This document shows positions 16,942 to 24,944 of a DNA stretch of 64,000 bases, one piece after another (the first letter of the stretch is position 1; each line of letters opens with the position of its first letter). Source of the DNA: an uncultured Elusimicrobia bacterium. GTDB taxonomy: Bacteria > Elusimicrobiota > Elusimicrobia > 2-01-FULL-59-12. The notes beneath the pieces are model-generated. The model did not search any database, was not told where the DNA came from, and was given only the letters and a program-made list of their open reading frames with translations. The stretch covers positions 149,541 to 213,540 of the forward strand of contig CAYTWA010000004.1 in assembly GCA_964441955.1 (NCBI GenBank), read 5' to 3'. Made by a program: the position numbers and the translations under genes.

Positions 16942-17382
16942 ATGTTGCTGCAAGAACTTGAAGCGGTTTGGAGCCCCTGGCGCCAACTGGACCGGCTCCA
17001 AGAGATGTTTGGAGAGAAAATCGCGGATCGGCGTCCCGAAGACGGGGCTTATTCTCCGGCTTTGAACGCCTATGTAGGAGAAGATGACATGGTGGTCACC
17101 GCAGAAATCCCCGGAGTAAACCCTAACTGCTTGGATATCCAGGTGGAAGGCGACACCTTAACCCTCAAGAGTGAGCGCTCCGAAGAGGCGCTCCCGGAGG
17201 GGCAACGGTGGTTGCGCCGGGAACGCGGAAGCGGCGCCTTTACCCGCCACGTCCGCCTGGCCTTTCGGGTGGATCCCGATCAAGCGGTGGCGCAAGTTAA
17301 AAACGGCGTCCTAACTTTAACCTTGCCGCGTGCGGCTGCAGACAAACCCCGCCGCGTGGCCATTCAAGGAGGCTCCCGATGA
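16942..17382 (+). CDS. Hsp20/alpha-crystallin small heat-shock protein 1
   Basis: The tracked ORF 16666..17382 is trimmed to the ATG that has a strong SD. 'PALNAYVGEDDMVVTAEIPGV...LDIQVEGDTLTLKSER...GAFTRHVRL...VKNGVLTLTLPR' is a typical ACD. Confidence 0.85.
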   Translation: MLLQELEAVWSPWRQLDRLQEMFGEKIADRRPEDGAYSPALNAYVGEDDMVVTAEIPGVNPNCLDIQVEGDTLTLKSERSEEALPEGQRWLRRERGSGAFTRHVRLAFRVDPDQAVAQVKNGVLTLTLPRAAADKPRRVAIQGGSR

Positions 17383-17744
17383 GCACCACCCTTTTAGAAA
17401 AACCCGCAGTTCCCTTGCGTTCCCCTGCGACGGATGTGATCGAAGGGCCCGATCATTGGACGTTGGTGGCCGATGTTCCTGGCGCCGATGAAACCTCATT
17501 GGAGGTCACCGTCGAGGCAGACGTGTTAAAGGTGCGGGCGCAAAGCCCTTCCGCGTGCACGCCCTCGCAGACGCCGGCGGCGTATCAAGAGTACATCCCG
17601 GGCTCTTATGAACGGCGGTTTACCTTGACCGATGAGGTCGACCGCGACGGCATTGAGGCCAGCTTGCGCGATGGGGTTTTACGTCTTCGCATCCCCAAAG
17701 CCGTTCGCGCGCAGGCGCGCCGCATTCCCATAAAAGTCCAATAG
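17379..17744 (+). CDS. Hsp20/alpha-crystallin small heat-shock protein 2
   Basis: 121 aa with an ATGA start/stop overlap with hsp20-1. 'WTLVADVPGADETSLEVTVEADVLKVRA...YERRFTL...LRDGVLRLRIPK' is an ACD. Confidence 0.8.
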   Translation: MSTTLLEKPAVPLRSPATDVIEGPDHWTLVADVPGADETSLEVTVEADVLKVRAQSPSACTPSQTPAAYQEYIPGSYERRFTLTDEVDRDGIEASLRDGVLRLRIPKAVRAQARRIPIKVQ

Positions 17745-17796
17745 AAAAAGGGGTTCGTCACGCGCGCCGCTCCTCCTGGTTGACGGACCAGGCGGA

Positions 17797-19278
17797 GTGG
17801 CGCCCCTAAGGGGGGACTTGAAAAATGGCGAATCCTCGTTAGAAAGATTGATGCCTATGAAAGCGTTCTCGCGCATTCAGTGGTCAAAAGCGCTCTCGCT
17901 CGGCGCGTCGCTAAAAACGCGCATCGGGATCGGCACGCTGCTGCCGGTCTTAGCCATCACGGCCTATTTTGCTTACACTGTTCATGCCCAAAACCAACTG
18001 GCGCGCATCACGCATGAAATTTTGGACAAGCGCATCGTCATGATGCAGTCGGCGGAACGCCTTAAACACGCGCTGGTGGCTTATGACGATGCGCTCTTTC
18101 GCTTTTTGGCGGCCCAAGATCCGCGGGTCGCCACCGAGGGCCGCAAATTCGTTTCAACGGCCCGTCAGGAAATCGACAAACTCCAGCAGCTTTCCGCGGG
18201 AGGGGTCTTGGACGAGCGGTTGTCCCTTTTGGAAAGCGAGATCACCCAATATTTCGACGACGCCGATAGGCTTATCGCCTTTTCCCAAAACACGCCGCAA
18301 AGCGTCAGTGCGATTCGACAGCGATCGGCCGCTTGGGTACGGACGAAGAAAAACGAAAATTTGGAACTGGCCTTCCTCTCGCAGGAAGGGGCGATGCGGC
18401 TGGAACGCGTCTACGCGCTTTGCGATGAGATCGTCACCTTGAACCGCTTGGAGCTGGACCGCGCCCAAAGCGACATGTCGGCGCTGCTGTCTCGGGCGCG
18501 GCAGACGGCGTTCTTCTTAAGCGTTTTATCCATTGGGCTGTTGGTGGTCATCGCCTTGGGCTTGGCGGCGTCGCTCATTTTTCCCCTGCGCGTGTTGTTG
18601 GATGCGGTCCATGAAGTGGAAAAAGGAAACATGAATGTCGAAATTCCCGTCACCAGCGCCGATGAAATCGGGGAACTCACGGCGGCGTTTAACCGCGCGA
18701 CCAAATTGGTTCGCCAGCAACGCGAACAGTTGTGGCAGGAAACGATTACGGACGGCCTCACCGGTCTTTTTAATCAACGGCATTTTCGACGTTTGCTGAA
18801 GCAAGAGGTCGAGCGTGCCCATCGGTCGCGGAGCTCTCTGGCCCTTTTGATGCTCGACATCGATCATTTCAAACGCTACAACGACGTAATGGGGCATGAA
18901 TTTGGAAACGACATTTTAAACCGCGTTTGCGCGGTGTTGCGCGAGACCGTTCGGGAAGTGGATTTGTTGGCCCGTTATGGCGGCGACGAGCTCGCCGTGA
19001 TCCTACCGGATACGGACCCCGCCGAGGCGCGTCAATTGGCCGACCGAATTCTAAAGGCCGTTCGCCTGGCTGATCTTAAGTTTTTCGGTTCGTCGGACGA
19101 GCGGGTCACGATTTCGGTGGGCGGGGCCTCCTATCCCAGCGACGCGGACACGTGGGAACAGCTGCTCCGCCGAGCCGATGAAGCGCTTTATGAGGCCAAG
19201 CGCGCCGGGCGGGCTCGAGTGGTATGGTGTGGCGCCGCGCAAACCCGGCCGCCTATTTCGTTGGAACAACAAGGCTAG
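17797..19278 (+). CDS. Membrane-bound HAMP-GGDEF diguanylate cyclase (GGDEL variant, RxxD I-site present)
   Basis: Two TM segments flank a helical periplasmic region, followed by a HAMP-like 'PVTSADEIGELTAAFN'. The GGDEF domain reads 'DGLTGLFNQRHF...LLMLDIDHFKRYND..GH..GN...REVDLLARYGGDELAVILPDT'. Alternative starts at ATG 17851 or 17857 are likelier than 17797. Confidence 0.85.
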   Translation: MAPLRGDLKNGESSLERLMPMKAFSRIQWSKALSLGASLKTRIGIGTLLPVLAITAYFAYTVHAQNQLARITHEILDKRIVMMQSAERLKHALVAYDDALFRFLAAQDPRVATEGRKFVSTARQEIDKLQQLSAGGVLDERLSLLESEITQYFDDADRLIAFSQNTPQSVSAIRQRSAAWVRTKKNENLELAFLSQEGAMRLERVYALCDEIVTLNRLELDRAQSDMSALLSRARQTAFFLSVLSIGLLVVIALGLAASLIFPLRVLLDAVHEVEKGNMNVEIPVTSADEIGELTAAFNRATKLVRQQREQLWQETITDGLTGLFNQRHFRRLLKQEVERAHRSRSSLALLMLDIDHFKRYNDVMGHEFGNDILNRVCAVLRETVREVDLLARYGGDELAVILPDTDPAEARQLADRILKAVRLADLKFFGSSDERVTISVGGASYPSDADTWEQLLRRADEALYEAKRAGRARVVWCGAAQTRPPISLEQQG

Positions 19279-19341
19279 AATATCAGTCTAAAATGATACG
19301 TCCTCTCTTCGAGGATGTGCCTATAGGGTGAAGGAGACTCC

Positions 19342-20331
19342 ATGGATCAAAGCATTAAGGTTATTCATGAAAAAGTGAAGCAAGCGAGCGTCTTCGTTCA
19401 GTCGCTCAAGCAGGAAATCGGAAAAGTTATCGTCGGCCAGGATTATTTGATCGAGCGGCTGTTGATCGGGCTTTTGGCGGACGGGCATGTGTTGTTGGAG
19501 GGCGTCCCGGGGTTAGCCAAAACGTTGGCCGTCAAAACGCTGGCAAAAGCTATCGACACACAATTTAGCCGCGTGCAGTTTACGCCCGACCTATTACCCG
19601 CCGACTTGGTGGGAACTCAAATCTACAACCCGCGCGAATCGCAGTTCACCGTCAAGAAAGGCCCGATCTTTACAAACCTTTTATTGGCGGATGAAATCAA
19701 CCGCGCGCCGTCCAAAGTGCAAAGCGCCTTGCTGGAAGCCATGCAGGAACACCAAGTCACCATCGGCGAACAAACCTTCAAACTGCCCGAACCGTTCTTG
19801 GTGCTGGCCACGCAGAACCCGATCGAACAAGAAGGAACCTACCCGCTGCCCGAAGCGCAAGTCGACCGTTTTATGCTGAAGCTTCGCGTGACTTATCCGA
19901 CGCGGGATGAAGAGCGGCTTATTTTGGACCGCATGACCAGCGGGAAAGCGATCGATATCAAACCGATCGTGCATCCCAACGAGATTCTCTCGGCGCGTCA
20001 AATCGTTCATGAAATTTATGTGGACGACAAACTGAAGAATTACATTTTGGATTTGGTCTTCGCCTCGCGCTCTCCCGAAAAATTCAAATTGGAAACGTTA
20101 AAGCCGATGATTGCTTTTGGCGGCAGCCCGCGTGCCACGCTTTCGCTCACCCAAGCGGCCAAAGCGTATGCGTTTCTCCAAGGCCGCGGCTATGTGACGC
20201 CCGAAGACGTCAAGTCTATCGGCGCCGATGTGCTGCGCCACCGCATTCTCCTCACCTACGAGGCGGAAGCCGAAAACACCACAACGGAAGACATCGTGCA
20301 AAAACTCTTCGCGGCAGTGGAGGTCCCCTAA
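19342..20331 (+). CDS. moxR: MoxR-family AAA+ ATPase
   Basis: 329 aa. 'GHVLLEGVPGLAKT', 'RVQFTPDLLPADLVG', 'LLADEINRAPSKVQSALLEAMQE' and 'VLATQNPIEQEGTYPLPEAQVDRF' are canonical MoxR motifs. Confidence 0.9.
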   Translation: MDQSIKVIHEKVKQASVFVQSLKQEIGKVIVGQDYLIERLLIGLLADGHVLLEGVPGLAKTLAVKTLAKAIDTQFSRVQFTPDLLPADLVGTQIYNPRESQFTVKKGPIFTNLLLADEINRAPSKVQSALLEAMQEHQVTIGEQTFKLPEPFLVLATQNPIEQEGTYPLPEAQVDRFMLKLRVTYPTRDEERLILDRMTSGKAIDIKPIVHPNEILSARQIVHEIYVDDKLKNYILDLVFASRSPEKFKLETLKPMIAFGGSPRATLSLTQAAKAYAFLQGRGYVTPEDVKSIGADVLRHRILLTYEAEAENTTTEDIVQKLFAAVEVP

Positions 20332-20336
20332 GGGCA

Positions 20337-20410
20337 GTGGGAGAGGGAGTGGGAGTCAAGGAAGTCTTTATTAAAATTAAAAATACCTCGACTCCCACTC
20401 CCTCTCCCAC
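20337..20410. repeat. Perfect 21-bp inverted repeat with a 32-nt AT-rich spacer (GGGAGRGGG palindrome family)
   Basis: GTGGGAGAGGGAGTGGGAGTC (20337..20357) pairs with GACTCCCACTCCCTCTCCCAC (20390..20410). It fills the moxR-DUF58 intergenic gap. Confidence 0.9.
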
Positions 20411-20419
20411 GGATTCGCT

Positions 20420-21295
20420 ATGTTGACACGCGATCTCATCTCCCAAGTCCGTCGCCTCGAGATTAAAACTCGTCGTCTCGTGAACGACGTGTTCTCCGGC
20501 GCTTACTCCTCCGTGTTCCGGGGCTTAGGCATGGAGTTTGCCGAAGTGCGCGAATACGTGCCGGGGGATGATGTGCGCGCCATCGACTGGAATGTGACCG
20601 CTCGCATGAACCACCCTTACATCAAGAAATTCATGGCCGAGCGTGAGATGACCGTTATTTTGCTGGTGGATGCCAGTGCTTCGATGCGCTTTGGCACGAC
20701 ACCTAAATGGAAATCGGAACTGGCGGCAGAAATTGCGGCCGTACTGGGTTTTTCGGCGATTCGAAACAGCGATAAAGTAGGGTTGTGTCTGTTTACGGAT
20801 CGCGTCGAACGGTTTGTTCGCCCCCAAAAGGGCCGTACGCATACCTTGCGCCTTATCCGCGACGTGCTGGAATTCTCCCCGGAACATAAGGGAACGAATC
20901 TGGATGAAGCGCTAAGGTATTTAAACCGCGTGGTCAAACGAAAAGCCGTCGTGTTTCTTCTATCCGATTTTTATTCTTACAGTGAACGGTTGTTGGCGAT
21001 CACGGCCAAACGTCACGATTTGGTGGCCCTTCAGGTGGTCGACCCCCGCGAGCAAACGCTGCCTTCTGCGGGCCTCATCGAATGGCACGCGGCGGAAACG
21101 GGCCAAACCATGACACTGGATACGTCGGATCGCCGCGTTCGAGTGCGTTTTGAGGCGCTAGCGCGCGAGCGCCTGGCCCGGGCCGAACACATTTTCCGCC
21201 GGCACGGCATCGATCATATTCTCCTTCGAACGGACCGCTCGTTTGTGGCGCCTTTGGTCCAGTTTTTCCATCAACGTGTTAAACGATTCCGCTGA
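20420..21295 (+). CDS. DUF58 (vWA-like) protein of MoxR/Bat operons
   Basis: 291 aa. 'GAYSSVFRGLGMEFAEVREYVPGDDVRAIDWNVTAR' and 'VILLVDASASM' are typical DUF58 motifs. Confidence 0.85.
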   Translation: MLTRDLISQVRRLEIKTRRLVNDVFSGAYSSVFRGLGMEFAEVREYVPGDDVRAIDWNVTARMNHPYIKKFMAEREMTVILLVDASASMRFGTTPKWKSELAAEIAAVLGFSAIRNSDKVGLCLFTDRVERFVRPQKGRTHTLRLIRDVLEFSPEHKGTNLDEALRYLNRVVKRKAVVFLLSDFYSYSERLLAITAKRHDLVALQVVDPREQTLPSAGLIEWHAAETGQTMTLDTSDRRVRVRFEALARERLARAEHIFRRHGIDHILLRTDRSFVAPLVQFFHQRVKRFR

Positions 21296-22151
21296 TCCAA
21301 GCCTGGCCGTTAAAGCCGAAGTATCGCCGACCTCCGCCAAAGTGGGCGATGTGGTCATGTTGGAGATTCGCGTGGAGCATCCGTTAACGCTGGTCATTGA
21401 CCCGCCGACCTTCGCCAAGGAACTAGGTGCCTTTGAAATTCGCACGAGCACGCAATTGCCGGTTGAACTCCAAGGCGACAAGGGAATCGATCGTTTCCGC
21501 GCTGAACTTCAGTCCTTCACTACCGGCCAGCATAAATTACCGGGTTTAGAGGTTCCTTATCACAATGCCATGGGGCAGGCAGGCCGCGTGAAAACGCCCG
21601 AGCTCGTTGTGACCATTGAAGAATTTCCGCCTGGTCCAAAAGACAAAGGCGATATCCGCGGCATTGTAGGGGCCATCGGCCCCGTGGCCTGGCCGGCTTG
21701 GTGGTTGGTTTTCGCGGCCATTTTGTTTTCTGCCCTCTGCCTTCTACTTTGGCGCAAGCGCCAGCGCGCGCGGCAAGGGCCGCCGCCTCCACCGCCCATT
21801 CCACCGGATCAAGAGGCGCTGGCCAAGCTTCGTGAGTTGGAAGCGTCCACTCTTTTGGCGAACGGAAAAATAAAAGAGTTTTACAGTGCGCTCTCCGACA
21901 TCGTGCGGTTGTACCTGGAACAAGGTTTTAAGGTGATGGCGCTTGAACGCACCACGGCTGAACTCATGCGGGACCTGCGCCGAAACCCGCATGTCCAAAC
22001 GGATTGGCATGCGACGCTGCGCCATCTTCTGGAGGCCTGCGACTTAGTCAAATTCGCCAAGTTCCGCCCTTCTTCCGAAGAAGGAAAAGAAGAACTAAAC
22101 AAAGCCATTCAGTTTGTCGAGCACTCCCGTTCGGCGGTGGCGAAAAAGTGA
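21243..22151 (+). CDS. Bat-operon membrane protein (BatD-like Ig N-domain, TM helix, DUF4381-like C-domain)
   Basis: 302 aa with one TM helix (WWLVFAAILFSALCLLLW). The C-terminal 'ALAKLRELE...EFYSALSDIVRLYLEQGF...TTAEL...CDLVKFAKF' resembles DUF4381. The start is uncertain because the ORF overlaps DUF58 by 53 nt. ATG 21357 is an alternative. Confidence 0.55.
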   Translation: MWRLWSSFSINVLNDSADPSLAVKAEVSPTSAKVGDVVMLEIRVEHPLTLVIDPPTFAKELGAFEIRTSTQLPVELQGDKGIDRFRAELQSFTTGQHKLPGLEVPYHNAMGQAGRVKTPELVVTIEEFPPGPKDKGDIRGIVGAIGPVAWPAWWLVFAAILFSALCLLLWRKRQRARQGPPPPPPIPPDQEALAKLRELEASTLLANGKIKEFYSALSDIVRLYLEQGFKVMALERTTAELMRDLRRNPHVQTDWHATLRHLLEACDLVKFAKFRPSSEEGKEELNKAIQFVEHSRSAVAKK

Positions 22152-23137
22152 ACTTTGCTAACCCGCTTTTTCTTTTGTTCCTCCCTTTAATAGGGCTCTT
22201 AGCCTGGTGGCGGGAACGCCCGGCATCGCCTCAAACGGCCCGGCTTCCTTTTCCGGAGGAGTCGCTTCTACGTGCGGCGCCCGAAACGTGGCGAACGCGC
22301 TTGGCTTGGGTACCGGCCGCGCTGCTCTATGCCGGCTTGGCGCTTGCCGTCATCGCGTTAGCCCGTCCGCGCTCGCTCCTTAAAGGAGAAGAAGCGCGAG
22401 AAAGAGGGATCGACATCATGATTGCGCTCGATACCTCGGGCTCGATGCGAGCGCTGGATTTCAACCCGCAAGACCGAATGGCGGTGGCTAAAAAGGCCAC
22501 GCGGATGTTCATTACCCGCCGTAAAGCGGACCGGATCGGTTTAGTGGTGTTTGCGGGGGTCGCGCTGCTTCAATGCCCGCTGACGCTCGATTACGCGGCG
22601 CTGTTGGATTTTTTTGAACAAGTTCAGGTGGGGATGACGCAAACGGAAAATACCGCCGTCGGCACGGCGATCGCCGCCGCGGCCAATCGCCTTAAGAAAA
22701 GCACCGCAAAAAGCCGGGTCATTATTCTTGTGACCGACGGGCGATCAAACGCCGGGGAAATAGACGCGCTCACCGCCGCCAAAGCGGCGGAAGGGCTCGG
22801 AATTCGCATTTACACGATCGGTGTGGGCATCCGTGGTCAATCGGTTATTCCCGTGGACACGATGTGGGGAAAGCAGTTAGTTCCCATTCAAGAAGATTTG
22901 GATGAGCCAAACTTGGAACAGATTGCCCGCAGCACGGGGGGGCGTTTTTATCGTGCCTCGAGCCCTAAGGAACTCGATCACATTTTTGGAGAGATCGATC
23001 AGTTGGAAAAAACGGATATCCAAGCGCCGTCTTCGCAGGCGTATCAGGACCGCTATCTGGCGTGGTTGTTGGCGGCGATGACGTGTTTAGGGGTGGGCTT
23101 TGGGCTAAAAGCAAGCGTGTGGCGAACGGTCCCATGA
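22148..23137 (+). CDS. batA: BatA-type vWA-domain membrane protein
   Basis: The tracked ORF is trimmed to a GTG that overlaps the upstream stop as GTGA. 'FANPLFLLFLPLIGLLAWW' is the N-terminal TM segment. The vWA MIDAS motif is 'IMIALDTSGSM', followed by 'VILVTDGRSNAGE' and a C-terminal TM segment. Confidence 0.85.
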   Translation: MNFANPLFLLFLPLIGLLAWWRERPASPQTARLPFPEESLLRAAPETWRTRLAWVPAALLYAGLALAVIALARPRSLLKGEEARERGIDIMIALDTSGSMRALDFNPQDRMAVAKKATRMFITRRKADRIGLVVFAGVALLQCPLTLDYAALLDFFEQVQVGMTQTENTAVGTAIAAAANRLKKSTAKSRVIILVTDGRSNAGEIDALTAAKAAEGLGIRIYTIGVGIRGQSVIPVDTMWGKQLVPIQEDLDEPNLEQIARSTGGRFYRASSPKELDHIFGEIDQLEKTDIQAPSSQAYQDRYLAWLLAAMTCLGVGFGLKASVWRTVP

Positions 23138-23147
23138 TGCTTGAAGG

Positions 23148-23210
23148 CTGGGGTCAGATCCGGTTTTCAAGCAAAACCGTGCGTTGCTTGAAAACCGGAT
23201 CTGACCCCAG
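23148..23210. repeat. Perfect 27-bp stem / 9-nt loop hairpin between batA and batB
   Basis: CTGGGGTCAGATCCGGTTTTCAAGCAA, then aaccgtgcg, then TTGCTTGAAAACCGGATCTGACCCCAG. No U-tract follows it. Confidence 0.9.
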
Positions 23211-23232
23211 TTGTTAAGCAAGAGAGGAATTA

Positions 23233-24246
23233 GTGAATTACTTCGCGTATCCAGAATTATGGGGATGGTTGGTGGTTCCCGGGGTCCTTTGGGGACTCGG
23301 AATTTTCATGGCTCGCTGGCGCCGCCAAACCCTCCAACAATTGGGCCCTATTCCCAACAGCGCGGTTGATCGACTGTTGCCGGCGGGGCTCGCCCGGCGC
23401 AGGGCGTGGGTGTTGTTTTTGCAGGTGGCCGGGTTATTTTTCATGGTCTTGGCGCTGGCGGGGCCGTTGATCGGGACTAAACTGATGGAATTTCGGCAGA
23501 AAGGGCTGGATGTGTTGATGGCGGTGGATTGCTCCTTGTCCATGCAAGCACAGGATTTTAAGCCTTCGCGTATGGCCCATGCTAAATTGGTGCTCGGGCA
23601 AATGATCGACCGCTTAGGGGGCAGCCGAATCGGTGTGATAGCCTTTGCGGGCCAAGCGTACCTTCAGTGCCCGCTCACCATCGACCAAAATGCGGCGCGC
23701 GATACCTTAGACACCTTGGACAGCGGCGCCGTTCCCATTGCGGGAACCAAAATTGGCGATGCCATTCGTTTGGCGGTTCAAGGGTTGAAAGCAGGTGAAG
23801 GCGGCAACCGCGTACTCGTGCTGCTGACAGACGGTGAAGACCATCAAAGCGACCCACTTTCGGCGGCGAAAGAAGCATCGAAAGCCGGCGTCAAAGTCTT
23901 TACGATCGGCATCGGCAACGCCGAAGGCGAGCCTATTCCAGTTTTTAATGACAAAGGCGAGCGAACCGGCTACAAGCGTGATAGAAAAGGCGAGGTGGTA
24001 CTTTCCCGTGTGGATGAAAAGACTTTGGAAACCATCAGTCGGGAAACCCAAGGGCAGTATTTCCGGGCTGGCCCCGGCGGCGATGAAGTGGAGCCGCTCC
24101 TGCGCGAGCTTGAAAAACTGCAAGGCGGGGACCGAAAAACCCAAATGTTTAATCGCTATGAGAATCGGTTTCAGTGGCCGTTGGCGGTGGCGCTTACGCT
24201 ACTTCTAATAAGTTTGGCAATTCCGGAGATGGGGTTTCGGCGGTGA
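23233..24246 (+). CDS. batB: BatB-type vWA-domain membrane protein
   Basis: 337 aa with N-terminal TM helices, 'VLMAVDCSLSM' (MIDAS), 'VLVLLTDGEDH' and a C-terminal TM segment. Confidence 0.85.
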   Translation: MNYFAYPELWGWLVVPGVLWGLGIFMARWRRQTLQQLGPIPNSAVDRLLPAGLARRRAWVLFLQVAGLFFMVLALAGPLIGTKLMEFRQKGLDVLMAVDCSLSMQAQDFKPSRMAHAKLVLGQMIDRLGGSRIGVIAFAGQAYLQCPLTIDQNAARDTLDTLDSGAVPIAGTKIGDAIRLAVQGLKAGEGGNRVLVLLTDGEDHQSDPLSAAKEASKAGVKVFTIGIGNAEGEPIPVFNDKGERTGYKRDRKGEVVLSRVDEKTLETISRETQGQYFRAGPGGDEVEPLLRELEKLQGGDRKTQMFNRYENRFQWPLAVALTLLLISLAIPEMGFRR

Positions 24247-24944
24247 TGCGGCGAAGGGCAAAACAAATAGAAAATAGAACCACACAGACAAAGGCGAATA
24301 GGAATAAAGCCTCGTCTTTATTTCTTTATTCCTGTGTGGTTTCCGTGCTTTTTTCTTTTTGTTTTGCCGTACCTCTCCAAGCCTCAAACTCCCGCCTCAA
24401 AGAAGGCAACCGTCAATTTAAAAACGGTCATTACGATAAAGCGCTCAAGATTTACGACGACGCGCTGATCGATGCCCCGCATTCGCCTGTTCTGCGCTTT
24501 AATGCGGGAGCTGCGGCTTACCAATCGGGCGATTTTGCTCGGGCTGAGAAGGAGTTCCAAGAGTCTGGACAAGCCTCACTTCTACCCCTTAAGAACGCCA
24601 GCCACTACAACCGCGGCAATGCGCTTTACCGACAAAGCCGCTACGATGAGGCGATGGACGCCTATAAAGACGCTTTGCGTATAAACCCCAAGGATGAAAA
24701 CGCAAAATATAATTTGAGCGTGGCGATGAGGGCGAAGCAAAACCCGCCCAAACCGCAACCGCCATCCGGAAAGCCGCAGGAGCAAAAGGGAAAACCGGAC
24801 AAGCAAGAATCCAAGGCGGAGCAGAAAAAGCCTTCTATGAACCGTGAGGACGCTGAACGTCTATTGTCCGCCGCGGCGGCCGGCGAAAAGAAGAAACAGC
24901 AAAAGGCGCAAGGCGAGGGGAAACAGGTTGATGAAGACTGGTAA
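24246..24944 (+). CDS. batC: BatC-type TPR protein
   Basis: The start is set at an ATG overlapping the batB stop (TGATG). It has a basic N-terminus plus TM helix (SLFLYSCVVSVLFSFCF), TPR repeats (NGHYDKALKIYDDAL...) and a Lys/Gln-rich tail. Confidence 0.75.
   Translation: MRRRAKQIENRTTQTKANRNKASSLFLYSCVVSVLFSFCFAVPLQASNSRLKEGNRQFKNGHYDKALKIYDDALIDAPHSPVLRFNAGAAAYQSGDFARAEKEFQESGQASLLPLKNASHYNRGNALYRQSRYDEAMDAYKDALRINPKDENAKYNLSVAMRAKQNPPKPQPPSGKPQEQKGKPDKQESKAEQKKPSMNREDAERLLSAAAAGEKKKQQKAQGEGKQVDEDW
24257..24368. repeat. ~112-nt imperfect palindromic module encoding the BatC N-terminal anchor (paralogue of 26803..26910)
   Basis: GGCAAAACAAATAGAAAATAGAACCACACAG...CTGTGTGGTTTCCGTGCTTTTTTCTTTTTGTTTTGCC. 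The arms are complementary with mismatches. It aligns to the batE module at roughly three quarters of positions by hand. Confidence 0.75.

Noticed and set aside
18940-18990. GGDEL instead of GGDEF in the diguanylate cyclase, as a sign of an inactive enzyme.
   Set aside because: The catalytic GGDE residues, the metal-binding Asp ('LDIDHF') and the RxxD I-site are intact. The final Phe is not catalytic, so I cannot infer inactivity from the sequence.
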